DNA of 64,000 nt from Podarcis cretensis (lineage: Eukaryota), in assembly GCA_951804945.1 (NCBI GenBank), contig OX638149.1, positions 66,526,001 through 66,590,000 of the forward strand. Direction: 5' to 3'. Below are positions 50,521 to 64,000 of the stretch, in pieces (position 1 is the stretch's first letter; every line of letters starts with the position of its first letter). A program made the position numbers and the translations under genes. The notes below the pieces were generated by a model. That model was not told where the DNA came from. It saw nothing but the letters and a program-made list of their open reading frames with translations, and ran no database searches.

Positions 50521-50951
50521 CTCTCTCTCCCCTGCTCCCCCCCAGCTCCCCGCTCCTCCTCGCTTAGATTCCACCGACCTCTCTTTCTCCCCCCCCCCCT
50601 ACACCCGCCCCCCCCATCTCCAGCCCTCTTTGCCCTGAGTTCCTCTTCCACCATCCCTGGGCTCAAATGCGAGGCTCCGGGACGCGCGGTGAGCGGACAG
50701 GCACCCTCCGCTAAGGTTTCGTGTGTTTTTTTTTGGTGGGGGGAGGGACAATGTTTTCCTGGTTAGGATTCAGTCATGTCTCCCGGCTGAACTTTTTTAT
50801 TTTTTGCCTCCTTCCCCACCTCAGAGATCCCCTCTGTTCGCCCCATTTCCTCCGAGATAGGGCCTGGAGTAAATAAATAACGTCGCTCGGAAAAATAAAA
50901 ACGAGGACTGCCCTTTTCTTTCCAAGGCGATCTAGGTTTGTGCGGGCGGCC

Positions 50952-50982
<31 letters not shown>

Positions 50983-53900
50983 AGGGGTGGGATGGGAGAG
51001 ACAGAAAGGGAGGGGGCGAACTATTTGCATTTAAACAGTTCGCTCCCAGCAGACAATGGAGATAAGGAAAAAATAACATTCAAATGGTAACGACATAAAT
51101 ATTTGGGAGACAGGCGCTTTGTCAACTGGGAATCGCCTGGAGGTAGCCAAGTCCACAGTTGGGTGTGTGGGTATTTTCCCCCTCCCCTCCCCCTCCTTTC
51201 CTGCCCCCCCTTCCCTCTCTCTCCTCGAAATGTGACGGAGAAAGGAAACGCTCTCTCTCTCCCCGCTGCCTGGAAAGTGCAGAGCAAATACACACTTTAC
51301 TTTGTGTATTGAGGACTTTCGTGAAGGGGCCTGAAGAGTCCTTTCCCAAACACCCAAACTTCTTCCACGTGCCGTTTGTTGACTAAGTGCTGTTGTGTTT
51401 CTCCCCCCCCCCACCTCTCTCTAGCAGACACTCCAAGGAGGGGGAGAAAGAGAGGAGGGAGGAGTGCTAAAATATCTCCACCGCAAGGGTCGGCGTGTGT
51501 GTGTGTGTGTGTGTGTGTTGGAGAGGGGGTTTTGCGTGTTGCTCTCACCAGATTTAGCTCACTCATGTGCGCAGGGCGATTCTCTCTCTTTCCCTCCCTC
51601 CCTCCCTCCTTCCCTCTCTTTCTCTCCTGCCAGGGAAATCAGGGGCCGAAGGAAAGCAAATGACTTTGCTTCTCTGACCACACACCACCACAAGTTCATT
51701 TGTTGAATGGCGGAGTATTAAGACACACCTCAGTACACTCCAAAGCAACCCCTCCGCGCCTGCATTTAAGGTGACACTGGCAGCACCAGTTTGAGCTCAG
51801 GGTGTTCCGATCGTTTATGGCGAGTGGTCTGGGAGGCGGGGAGTGGGGAGGGGTGGGGGAGATGAACTTCTGCACAAAGAGGGAAGGGGAAAGGAGGAGA
51901 GAGGGAGGGGGCAGGGAGGCGACGGGGTGGGGGGGAGGAGGAAAGAAGGCAAAAAGCCCCAGAAATTCCAAGAGGCAAAAAAAAGTGGGGAAGGGTTTCG
52001 GGTGGGGGTGGGTGGGACACGAACGCGCCAAGCATAAAATGAAGTCGTAGCCCCGCATACACTTGACTTCTCTTGACATGTGAAAAGTGCTAAAAGTCAG
52101 AGCTCATCAATAAAGTGGCTGGCGATTGAATGAGGGCCCTGACAACCATTGCATTCTTCAATAAAGTACAATGAGGAGACAAACGACTCTGCCAAGGAGT
52201 TTGGATGGGAGTGAAAGGACGCCTCAATAGGAGCTGGATAATGGGCTGCCAGGCCGTCATGCACTGTCATCTCCAGCCCTGCAGAGAAGCTACCGCGGCC
52301 CCTAATAGCACAAAATGGGCTCTTAAGAGACTACCGGGCGATTCCTCTCTGGGATGTGTGTGGATCTCTCTCTCTCTCTGTATGTGTGTCCCCCTCCCTC
52401 TCTCCCTCCTTCTTCATCTTCTTCCAAACTCCTTCTTTCCTTCCTTCTTGTGCCAATTTGCCTTGATGCTGATTACCACTAATGCGTGGGGCTGCGCTTT
52501 TATGGGTCTTGCTTTCTATTTTATTTTTTTAGGGGAAAGAGAGGAGGCTGCAGCAAAGGAAGGCTGGGATTTAAAATCAGGACTTTCTCCTCGGTCCCCT
52601 CTTTTTTTCCAGGCCTCCGGTTCCAAAGTTTTTGGTGTCTTTTTTGCAGCAAATGGGAAAAGAGTCAGAGAGAATTGCCCAGCCTAGCTGGGAGGGTTGA
52701 GACATTCTTCTGCAAACGCCACTCAGGACGACCTCTCTCTCTCTCTCTCTCTCTCTCCCTTTCTTCTTTCCTTTGCTGATCCAGATTTTCCCCCACCCGG
52801 GCATTGCCCCCCCCCATTTTTGATTTGTTTCTTTATCCCACATTGCAGCCCGCATCGATAACCCAGGCCACTTCAGTTTGCTGAAGGAAAGAGATCCGGT
52901 GGGTTGGACAAATCTTTTACCTCCAGCTACAATAGTTCAGGCCTAAGGCGAGCTGCACCCCCCTCCACACTTGCTGGAAATATCCTTTTTATTTCAATGT
53001 AATCGGAGCCGAATAACTATGATGGAAAGCTGGGGTGAAAAAACCAACCACACGGGGACATTCTAATAGGATTCCCCTTAAAAGGTAGGTAGGAAACTTG
53101 AGAATTCTCATAGCTGGGATCCTGCTACTGATAGAGGTGTAGGACTGTGTGTGTGTGTGTGCGCGCGCAGTGTTTGGACGATTTTAGTTCTGTGTTTAAA
53201 TTTATTGTCCTTTCCTTTTGCCCTACTGTTATTTTTGAAGTGTCTCCCATACATTGGAACCCTGCTAATTTCTGCAAAGTCCCCGCTATCAATGGCTAAA
53301 TCTTACACGGCAGTCCTGCTCCATTCAACTCCATGGGAACTTTGCTGTTGACTTCAGCGGGCGCAGGCTTTTTCAAAGTGCGCCAAAGGAGATCTTTGCA
53401 GAGAGATCAAAATGGGGAAAAAACCATAGATTACCAAGCCAATGTCTCGCTTGCCTCGCGGGTTTCACCGCATAGAGTTGCCGCTGCGGGATAGTTTAGC
53501 AAAGTGTCTTGAAAAGACCCCGCTCCTTCAAGCTAGTCCGCTGCAAAGCTTTTTCTTTTCTTTTCTTCCTGTTGTCTGAAAAAATTCTCCCTCTTAAAAA
53601 AAAATCGCAAAGAGAATAAGAATAATAACAAAAATAATCCCTGAGATCCTGGGGATTTTTGTTTTGTTTAATGTGACTTCTGGTCCTCTGGAAATCAGAC
53701 GAATCTTTTCTCTTTTTTTGTCCAACAAACATTTTTTTAATACTTTCCTTAAGTGGAAACGCAAAAAAGGGCAAAACAACAGAGTAGAAAGGTGGGGGAA
53801 ATAGAATAAAATGAAGAACTCATGAAGCTTGTTTTTAGGGGGGACAGACACGTCCAGATCTTCAGGCAAATTTCATTTTTACAACCATTCAATTAGCCTT

Positions 53901-56900
53901 CGTTTGGATTAGCACCTCCTTATATGCTGCTCCTTCAGAATAAAGAAGCCGTAATCTTGTTGCTATTTCCCCCAGGGCACAGTGGGCCTTGCGCCCCTTC
54001 CCTCTCCACCCCCTCCCGCTAGTTTTGTTTTGTTTGTTTTTTAACTGGGGGGGGGGAGGAAATAATAAGGGGAGGGAAATGGTGAATAATCTGACGTCAT
54101 TGCAGAGATGGGAATGGAAGGAGAGAGGAAGCAAGTCTGGGAAGAAAGGAAGAAGGGGGGAGGAGAGAGAAAAAAGTGCCACAAAAGGTGAAGAAGAAAA
54201 AGATTGGGTGCCTCGCTTTGCTGCTGATTTATCAGGACGTTGGAGACGGGAGGCCGAGGGCAGGCGAGGGAGCCTCCGAAGCAAGGAAAGCAAAAGTTGA
54301 AAGGGAAGGAGGGGCCGAGGAGAGGGAGGGAGGGAGGGAGGGAGGAGGAGGAAGACAGGAGCGGAGCGAAGGGCCTGCATGACAATGTGCATGTGTGAAA
54401 GAGAAAGAGGAGAGGAAGAGGACAAGGCGTGTAGAATGGGGGTGTGAGAAGAAAGTGGGATTTCTGCGGAGACGTGGAGAGGCGAGAAAAGGGGAGGAGG
54501 GACAGAGCAGGGCAAAGTGAGAGTGTGTGTGTGTTTTAAAGAGCGAGGGAGAAAAGTGTAAAAATTGTGTGAGGAGAAAAACACAACTTGGGATGAGTCC
54601 TGGAGTAGAGTAAAGGAGGCGGGGCAGAGGGGGGAAATGGGGCCAGGCGCGCTTGCTTAGGAGTAAGCGCCGTGGAAGGAAGAAGCCTGCTTCGGATCCG
54701 GCTGGGAGAATCGAGATGGAAGAAGACGCGCGCGTGGGAGATCCGGGCGAGGGGAGCAGGTTCTCACGTGCAGCGAGAGCGCACGTCGGCCAGGGAGGGA
54801 CGCCCTTCGCCTAGCTCAGGGCAGGCTCAGCTTGCTCTCGCAAGCAGCGTCTCGGGGCGAGCGCTGCCAGCGACAACCCCGGGAGCCTTTGAAATAGTAC
54901 CTGCTCTCCAACGACAGAGGGGAAAAAAGTCCTTGCCAAGTTGAGCCACAACTCGAAGGGCGCCATTTTAACTCTGGGTTGCTCTGTTTTGTTTTGTTTT
55001 TAAACAACAACAGGTTTTTTTTTAAAAAAAGGCCGTTCTGGATTCTCCCAGGTATATACAGGTGTAAACAAAACAAAACAAAAACAGAATAAAACACGAG
55101 AAACCCCAAAATCCTCTGCCCTGTTCCTTTTTTTTTTGTCAGCAGCTTTGAACTTGAGAATTAACTTGCTTAAAGTGGCAGGCACACGATGGAGCAAGAA
55201 GGGATGAGGCCGTGGAAATGGTCGCGAGTGGGGTGGCAAACTCAAGCGTCCTTCTTGGGGGTAAGGGATGATTACCCCCACCAGTTTTGCATGTGAAGTG
55301 GAAATGAGGAATGAGCGCGCCAGGGTAGATTGGCTGCGGGGGAAAGAAATGGCCCTTTTCTCCAGGGATTTCTCTTGACCACAGGAGGGAAAATAAGCGC
55401 TGAACGGAGAATCAAATGCATTTGATGCTCACCTTAGCACCTTGCCCGCCAGACCTGGAGGGACCGCCGCAACCAGAGGACTTGAGAAGCAAGGGTCCGG
55501 ATCCCAAGTGGATTTCTAAGTAGACACGTGCACTCCACGTAGATTCGGAAATATCATCGTGGATAGATGGGGCGGGGGGAAGCTTATTTACTTCCCAAAG
55601 ACGCGCACCTAGGATGGCAGCTTGCGCCTTTTCTATTTTGGCAAGAACGAACACCAGACGGGCAGCAACAGCAACGAAGAGTCTTGTGGCACCTGAAAGC
55701 CAAACAGATTTATTGTGGCATAAGCTCTGTGTGGAGGGGAGCCAGCGGAGTCTGATGCACGACGTGTTTGTCTGTAAACTGAGTGCTAACTGAGGATAAC
55801 ACTTCCTGCCTCTGAGGAAGAGGGATCTGCACCACCAAAGCTTATGCCGCGGTCCGTCTGTTGGCTTTATTTCGAAGGTGCCACTTCCTGTTTTTACTAC
55901 AACAGAGTCTGGCTCATTCTTCTGAGCGTCTGGTGGATTCAGAGTGGATTGATCAGAAATGTCTTGAGCAGTTAGGAATACTCCTGCGGTGGGAAATAAC
56001 TCGAGGGATTCGGGTTTATATCTTTTATTTTTGGGAGGGAATGGGGAGAATATGATTAATTCTCCCTCGCCTTCTGTACCAGTGTCAGGTGCATTAGTCA
56101 CTCTGCCTTGGGATTAAACTTATCTTTGCCTTGAATTGTAAGTGTGTGTGTGTGTGTGTGTGTGTGAAGGGCACAGGTGTTCAGTAAGTGGATTCAAAAT
56201 CACTCGGAAAGTTAATATTAAGATGAGAGAATTACAACTGAAAAATTATAATCCTTTGCAATTTAAAAAAACACCCCAAAACCCTTACACCCCCTTAAAA
56301 GAAACAGCAAACATCTCTACTACTTTCTCGCAGAAAGCAAACATATCAAGGAAATGTGAGTAAATTAGATTCATTCTCCCGATACTGCCATTGATTGCAG
56401 AAGTAGGTATTTATTTGTCAGGGACAAATAATAATAAAAAAATTCTCCCCTTCTCCGCTTCCTTAGGAACAGGAGTCGCTCAGTTCAGTGCTCCTGGATC
56501 GTCTTGTTGTACTGTATTAATATCTGGCTCGCGAACCTCCTTTTTTTAATACCCAGAAAAATGCTTAAAGTCCTCTTGTCCACTTCAGTCTCCCACTGAA
56601 GAGATACACAAACCCTGACGTGTTAGACTACAATGCGTTTGCCTTCCGGACACCGAATGCCGAGTCGGATATGGAGAAAGAGCGCTTGAAACCTCTAATG
56701 CGCCGGACATTGAGTTAAATGGAGCTTTGGCGAGTTTAGGAGCAATCTGCAAAAAGTTTGGAATCGATTTAACCTCTTTTACGTCGGGCGTTTTGCAAGA
56801 AGGCGCAACCTTTTGTGTGGAAGGATTAAAAAAAAAAATAAAGGCGAAGGGGAGGGGACAAGAAAAGGACTCAATTTATGGACTCTGAAATAAAAGGCAA

Positions 56901-57769
56901 CATCCATGTTTCTCCCCCTCCTTCATCCAGGAAAGGTTTGATATTTATCTTGGTCTGGTAGATTTTTCGAAGGGACTTGCCAGCAAAGCCCCCCTCAAAA
57001 AAAAAGTGGAAAGGGAGCGGGGACTCGCCAGCAAAGCGCATCCTGACGGGCTTTTTAAACACTATTGATTGGGACAAGCTGTTCCAAACCCCAGTAACAC
57101 TTAATCTGCCTGTTAATCAAGGCGCTAAGGAGCTCAATGCGAGTTTTATTAGCGACCAGAGAACACAGCGGCAGAAAGGATCAAAAGACTCGCCCCCTTG
57201 ATATTTGTCAAGCCAGACTCCCCCCCAAAAAATATATTTTCAATTACAGAGCAATTCTTAGCTTATCATCGCCGCCTAACAGAAACACGCAGATGGTTTT
57301 ACAAACGCTGCCAGAGAAACAACTGCAGCAAAGGCAGCGAGACCCTCAGAACTGCAGCCTCCGAGAACCCCACGCCGGACCCAAGCCGGCACTGCGCGCC
57401 TAGAAAGGAGCACTGGCTCACCTCAAAGCGAAACCAGTGTCATTATTTCTCTCTGTCTCCCCCGCTGCCTTTCTATTTACCACCGGAATTCGAGAGAGTG
57501 AGTGGAAGGCAACACCTGAAAAGGCTATGCCAATTTAAACCATCCTTTCCTTCCTCACTTTTCTCTCCCCCCCCCGTGCCTGTTTGCGAACGAAGAACTT
57601 TGGAGTGGGTTTGCAGTCAAAACGGACGGAAAGAATTTGGTATGTTCCTCAACACCACCTCACTCAGATTTTTTTTATTTAAAAATATTTAAATTTTTTT
57701 TTAATTATCCTGAAGGGGAAAAGTTGAATGGGGGTGTTTTTTTGTGTTTTTTTTTTTTAATGGACTGGC

Positions 57770-58080
57770 CCGACGCTCAAGCCCGTCCCTCCCCTCGAGC
57801 TGAGTTTCAATTAAGGTAAAGGTGGAGAAATATTATCCCGTCTGCGAAAATCAACATTTTGATCTTGTCATTTTTAATGCGAACCGATGGTGCTGGATGT
57901 CAACGAGATATGCGTATAAAAGACTATGTGGTCAGAGGTAATTATGTCACAGCTTTTTCTCGTCGTGACAGCTGGATAAACACAATCTCCAATAAACATC
58001 TCTAATTAGGGAGGAGGACCTGCGAGGCTGGGTGTCTGATTTATTACTCACCCAGAATGTCCATTTACCGGTGGAGATTA
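57770..58080. promoter_or_regulatory. Candidate conserved element between P0 and P1
   Basis: GGTAATTATGTCACAG...GTGACAGCTGGATAAACACAAT...AATAAACATCTCTAATTAG is a dense cluster of homeodomain, TALE and forkhead-type motifs. Confidence 0.45.
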
Positions 58081-60360
58081 AAGTGGACCCCCCCTTTTTT
58101 TTTTGATGCCAAAGCACCTTAAGGGATTTGGTGTAGGAGCTGAGGGGCTGGGAAGGCGAAGTCTTACAGCTTGATCCAGGAGAGTGAATGGAAAAGAGAG
58201 AGAAAGAGAGAGGGAGGGAGGGAGGGAGGGGAGAGCCATTATCCTACTAATCCCTTTCTTTCTAATTAAGTACAAAGAAGAAGAAGGAGAAGGAAGAATC
58301 TAAAACACAATTTACCTGCCTTGGGCTGCAATCCTAAGCGCCCTCCTATTTCCAGCTGCTTGAATTTACTCCCAAGCAACCGTGCGCGCAGAATACCGAG
58401 TTTTACTTCTCAGGAAGTGCGGTGCGGACTTCTCCCGGCGCAACTCAAGCTCTGTTTACTCACGAGTAAGTCCAATCGGTTGAAACAGAACTTTTCCCTA
58501 CAAATAATGGGTGCCTAAGATTGGAGTTTCGATTGTGCGGCTGAAGTTGCGTTTCTGAACCCAAATGCACCGTACAATTCCCCTTGCTTTCTCTTCCACT
58601 AACAAACCAACCATCCAGAGTTAAGCAAAAACAAAAACACAACGAGAGGCTCCACCAGGCACCAACCAGTGTATTTTCGCACACCTTTTCAGACGTTCGA
58701 GCAACCTAATGGAAAAGAAAACCATCACCACGCCGCAACCTCAAAGGAAGTTAAACGCGCGGATCCAGGAAGCAGTTCCCAAAGCAGAAAGTTTTAGAGA
58801 CAGTTAACCTGACGGCAACAGATGACAGGCGCAACAGAAAAACAGCAATCTCTTCTCCCTCTCTATACCCCTTATAATACACCGACTGCATTTTATGCAG
58901 ACCAGGAATACTTAGCAGTATACTTTTACATACAGCCTAGCATTAAACACATCACCTGGAAACAAATCCTATGGATTTCTAAGGGACTGCCTTGAAAACA
59001 CCGACGTTTCCGGCTAAGGCCCCAAAGCTCCTTTACTCTGGAGTAAGTCTTACTGGGCCGATTTACCTGTGCTTAGAAAGGAACGTCAGTTTTAACTCCA
59101 ACGGAAGACGTATCGATTTCGGCTGAAGTGGTTTGTGGATCGGGCGCGAAAAAGCGCGCTTCGCAGGTTGCCTTAGTAAAGGATTCTTTACCCCCTCCCG
59201 CTCACTCTTTCCTTGGTACAGCTTCAGTCTGGGAACAATGATCTAGCCGAGACATTACCTTGCTGGAAACGTGGGGACACCCCAGAGTTGGTGGGTGCCC
59301 CAATGGACAGCCCCTCCCGGCTCGCCTAAGCGCAGAAGTCGCCGCGAGCAGAGCCATCCAGGACGGGGAGAGAGGGGTGTGGATATGCGCCGGTTCACAA
59401 ACAGACCCCAGTTGGCAAGTGGTTACCAGGCACGTGAGTGAACTGACCGGAGAGTGGAGCAGGACTCCAGGTCAGACTGGGGGAAGGAAAAAACAAAAAA
59501 CCAGCCCCGAACTCCGCAAAACTCCGAAAGATCCACCGGACCCGAGGATCTGTCTGCGCCAAACGCCCCCGACGTCTCTGCGTTGCAGAGTCCCTTCTGA
59601 AGTGCCCAGAAGCTCAAGGCGAGCCGGGCGTGCGTAATCCGAAGCCCCTTTTCGTTCTACCTCAGTGGAAATCGTTAATTATTAGGTCTTCCCAAGGAAA
59701 GCTCAAATCACACGGTCTGGGGATTGAAAATGCTACCCAAGTATGCGAGCCACATTCTTTCGTTCCCTTGCCTGAACTTCGGGAGCGCCCTAGCGAGGGC
59801 TGGAGGCCGTGGGCGAGGTCAAGGACCAACTTCTTCCTCCTCTCTCAACACCCCCCCGCGCACCCACCCCCATGCCTCTCCCCACACATCCCCAAACCGG
59901 TGGCAGCGAGCACATGAGCCGGGTTTTCCATACAAGGCGCCTCGGTTGTCCAAGCGGGGAGAGGTCAGAGCTGCTCCAAGCCTCGCGTCTGCCTAGCCAC
60001 GCCAAAGTCCAACTCTCTGCCCCGCGCCCTCTTCCTTCCTCCCACCTGTTGGCACTGCGCTTTCTGTGCGCGCCCCGTCGAACCTGGCAGTTGCTAGCGT
60101 GATCCCCTTTTATGCCGCTTGTAATTAACACTCCGCAAAAGGCTGAGAGAGATGGGAGGGGGGCGGAAATAAGAGGGTTTTTTTAAAAAAAAAAAATCCT
60201 GGGCTTGGTAATGGAAACGAGGAGGTCAGAGAGAGAGAAAGAACGGGAAAGAAAGGAAGGAAGAAATCTAGAGAAGGGGAGAAACAAACGCAGCGGCAAT
60301 TGTTTCAGGAGGAATCCGGCAACTCCCCCCGACCCTGGATAAAGAGCATCAAATGTTTAC

Positions 60361-60506
60361 CTGTTAGAGAGAGGGCAGGCAGAGGCTCATGATCCGCGGG
60401 TTCCCAATTGCGCCTCTGAGAGTCGGTAACTGGCAGGTTTGATCGCCAATTTCTACATAAGAATCTGCCACACAGTTTAAATGTCAACGACAATAAAAAA
60501 GAGGGT
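60361..60506 (-). other. PAX6: PAX6 exon 0 (P0-derived; 5' end approximate)
   Basis: ACCCTCTTTTTTATTGTCGTTGACATTTAAACT... resembles the start of mammalian exon 0; ends AACAG|GTAAAC. Confidence 0.8.
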
Positions 60507-60680
60507 GCCTGGCTTTGCACTAACTTTCCCTTAATATCAGCGCCAGCGCCTCTCCCATTGGCTGGGCTGCCCCGGTGACGTCACGGCGGACAGTAGTTAG
60601 AGCTGAGCTCATAAGAAATTTTAGACAACAAGAAGCTCACCGGGGCCGGGAGATAATTCACCTTCCCGTGACCACTGGAG
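60507..60680 (-). promoter_or_regulatory. PAX6 P0 promoter
   Basis: TATA-like ATATTAA (60531-60537) about 25-30 nt above exon 0, CCAAT (60557-60561), and a perfect CRE palindrome GTGACGTCAC (60575-60584). Confidence 0.8.
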
Positions 60681-63581
60681 GGGCTGAGAGGCGAGGCGCA
60701 CGTGGACGTGGGCCAGCTATGCTGGCTTGTTCGCTCCTGCCTGGCTGCCTACCTCTATCCATCCATCCAAAAAGGAAAAAGAAATATAGTCAGATCCCAC
60801 TACCAAACAAGGTCCTCCTGGCTGATCCATAGAAGCGACTCCACCATAATATGTGGTCTGTGGAGTGTTGTCCAGAGGACGGCCCTTGCAATAATAATAC
60901 ATAATAGTAGTAGTAATAATAATAATAAATTATTTTTTAAAAACACAGCGATGATTTGTGATTCTGAGTGTTCTTTTGCCTTTGTCTTCCTCTTGGATCC
61001 TCATACTACGACCGCCCTTCACTTCCCCCCGGTCTTTCACCCGCACAAAAGGAAGATCTTTTCTCCTTTTTCTTTCCTTCTGTGTATACAGGAAAATCCG
61101 CAGGTTTAATTATGACGCAGCATCTTCGGCACGGCGGAGGCAGAGATGTCCCTGGACTTTTGTGTGTGTGTGTGTGTGTGCGTGAAGTTCTGGAGAAGAG
61201 CTACCAGGTGCAGCAGAGCCGCCGACTCTCAGTGACCGTCCAAAGTCGAAGCCTGGGTCTTTCTACCTGAGGCTCCAGATCACACACACAAAACCCCCAC
61301 TCTGCCCACGGCTCAGTTATCAATAAAATCAACCTTTATCACTTGGTTCCTAGGTTTCTGTTTATGGAAGGGCTCCAGTCAGGGGGAAAATCCAATTTGT
61401 ACTTTTGGATGGCTACCTGGGTTGTAGCGCTGGCGAAGACGAGGCTTATACTGTATATTCGCACCCAAGCAACCGATGCTGCCTTCAGAGGGGTCTGGAT
61501 CTAAAATTTATTTTATTTTATAACTGTGTAAAGCTGTCCAGTTATTAAAAGTCGATCATTAAAACAAATTGGAAGAGAAATTCAAACCGCGCGTGGACTT
61601 TCACTTCGAATCACTGAACACCTCAAACACCGAGGTGTGAGAGGTGAGTTGATATTTTGTGGAGGTTTTCTTCCAACCGCGATTCAAAAGAGGACCAGCG
61701 GATCCTTTCTATCTCTCTCTTCTCCCCTCCCCACCTTTCTCTAATCAATTTTTTAAACGAAGGGCGTTCGTTTTAAAGTTAAGCCCCAAGTTAAGTGCCG
61801 CTTATTTCAATGGAAGAATGGCGCCCTCGCTCATCTCTCCTTCCCACAGAATGAATGGGACCTAGAAGACCATAGCGCTGCTTTTCATTTCAGAGGGCTG
61901 ACACAACCTTTACACAGAGACCAGGCCGCATCGCACTTTTTTTGGCCCAGAGGGTGGTGTTAGAATAATCATCAACATCTTGCTTTAAGGCCCCTTTCTT
62001 ACAACGACACCGAACATGTCCCCTTTTTCTCAAAGTTCTGGAGAAAACGAAGTTTTCTCTAGGCAGCTAATAGTGTTCCCTCGTCCAGCAATGTTTTCTG
62101 AAGGGCGCGGGAAGCTACCCCCTGCTCACACCTTTGAGGACCCAATCCACTGGATAGTTATCCTGAGTAAACAATGGGAGTTGGGAAGGTGAGTTATGTT
62201 CCGAAGGAACCCACGAGTTTTAAGTGATGGGGAAAACGGTGGAGATCTTATTTCCTTTGAAACCGGGGCAGAATTCTCTCTGCAGGCAACATCAAGCAGG
62301 TAACGTGGTCTGGGATTGCGGGGGGGAGGATCAGGATACTTTTAGTCGCATAGTAACACCCCCCCACACACACACACTTGTGGGTCTCCCCTCGACGCAT
62401 TCATCCTGTCCCCTTAAAGGCAGAAACACCAGGACGGGTGGGGTGGGGGAACACACTTGTCGGAGTGAATACTTTTGTTTGTCAGAAAAGAAGCGCGCAC
62501 GCCCGAAAGTCACTGTAGCTTTGATTGAACCGCGCGTCCGTCTCTCGGGAGCTGGCAAAGGGTTCTCTGGGCTTTGTTTGCGGCGGATCCCTGAAAAGGG
62601 AGGCGTGGGGAATAAGTCGTCCTTGATGCACCCACACATCTAGAAATACCCGTCGGGGAGACCGCCCACCGCCGGAAAAGGATAGCTTCTCTTTCTACAT
62701 GGTTTTCAGTAGCTGCGTTGCTCCCCACGTCTCTTTCTTAGGGACCGTCTCCTCGTTGGTACACTTACGGCTGCGATCCCCAGCACACTTACCCAGGAAC
62801 AAGTCCCGCTAAAACCCATTTAACTTCTGAATGAATAAATGGAGGATCGGGATGCAAACCAGATCTTGATCTAACAGGCGAGGCGAGGGAGGGCTGTCTA
62901 CCACCCGCATCCCCCAGCTTCGTTGAGCTCCCTGGTGCGTATACATAGATGAATACGTGTGTGTGTGCGCGCATGTATATGCGCGCGCACCCACCAACCC
63001 ACCCACCCACCCCTGACCTAGAACTTATGCCTGACGCTCTAAACTGCTTCAGAGCTTTGTGACACTCCTTTGGGGTTTTCTGTTAGGGATTAGTCGGGTT
63101 CCTTATAAGGAAGTCTATCCCCCAATGTTATATAAAGATTTCCAGAGCAGAAAAAGGAATGAAGAAAGGACAGGCAGCCGATCCAGCCAAAGCACCAGCA
63201 ATCTGTTCCGAATGCAATGCGCTTCAGAATTGAATTAGCCAGCGGCGAACCCTTAGGCCTTCTTGCCAGCGCCCTGTGATGCCCAATGCACCTTTTCACT
63301 TGTGCTTTTTGGGCTGCGGGGGGTGGTGGAAGGTGCCATCCTAAGAATCTTTGTTTGGGGGCCAATCCTGCCGAGCTGGTGAGGGTTTCTGTCCTAGTAT
63401 AAAGGCCGGCGTGGAAGCTGGGCTCAGCCAGGATCAATCCCTCGCATCCCGGGTTGATCGCATATTGCTGGGACCCTTGAACATATCGATCATGTTGGGA
63501 CCGGAAGAAAGTTCGCGTGTGGGTTGGGGGAAAGTTCATTTGATGAATGCGCTTCGATTTTGGGTCGGTGTAGGTGCACGC

Positions 63582-63632
63582 TCATAGAATTATACAGTTG
63601 GAAATGACCCCAAGGGCCATCTAGTCCAAACC
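63582..63632 (-). mobile_element. CR1-type 3' tail fragment
   Basis: TCATAGAATTATACAGTTGGAAATGACCCCAAGGGCCATCTAGTCCAA. Confidence 0.55.
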
Positions 63633-64000
63633 AGGCTGCAGCTTCAAGGCAAATGCGGCCGAATAGAAAGCCAACCCGTCAGGCGCACGGAAGGCCAGCC
63701 TGGTAGTGGCGCTTCTGTTTCGGGCTCAGGCTAAGAGGGCGATCCTATAGTTAGGACAAAGGCCCACGAAGCCCTTCTGGGGACTAAGGGGAACCGCCTG
63801 AACCTCTCCTCTCTCCCCAGTCTTCAAAAGGCGCCCACGTGGAAACGCCTGCGGGTCTCAGTGGAGTTCAATTCGTCGAAGAGAGAGATGTTCCCGAGTC
63901 AGAGTGGAGACAGAGCGTCCTCTGGGCCGGCTACTCTGACCCGCTTGGCTTTGCGTGCTGTGGGGTGGGGAGGGGGTTAGGAGGAAGGTCCTGCATCTTC

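Noticed and set aside
53889-56101. 231-aa and 229-aa minus-strand ORFs between P0 and P1
   Set aside because: The first is low-complexity Pro/Leu/Ser from a purine-rich tract. The second has no recognisable domain. Both are consistent with chance ORFs in GC-rich DNA.
54600-64000. Antisense lncRNAs (PAX6-AS1/PAUPAR-like) and the upstream ectodermal and pancreatic enhancers
   Set aside because: These are known near mammalian P0, but I cannot identify their exons or boundaries from this sequence; some may lie beyond the window.

Overview
Vertebrate genomic DNA, most likely from a squamate and probably a lacertid lizard (inferred from a Sauria SINE and other squamate-type repeats). The window holds the complete PAX6 gene on the minus strand: P0/exon 0 (~60.4 kb), P1/exons 1-2 (~50 kb), exon 3, and coding exons 4-13. 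The coding exons total 1269 nt, giving a 422-aa protein (MQNSHSG...YWPRLQ) with GT-AG introns throughout the CDS. PAX6 lies tail-to-tail with the last coding exon of ELP4 on the plus strand (1493-1624, absent from the ORF track). The first ~29.9 kb is CpG-poor and carries SINE, L2, CR1 and MITE copies; the rest is CpG-rich. All six N-runs (140-195 nt) sit where PAX6 is known to be most conserved: exon 5a, the intron-4 neuroretina enhancer, an intron-7 element and the 3'UTR. They therefore look like masking rather than assembly gaps. The most interesting signal is in the 5' leader: several alternative start exons all end in phase 1. One splice path (exon 2 to exon 4) spells MPQKESYPRATW, apparently a remnant of the teleost Pax6 N-terminal extension that is now one base out of frame. 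I found no evidence for a wholly new gene system. Comparisons to other species are from memory and need to be confirmed by alignment.
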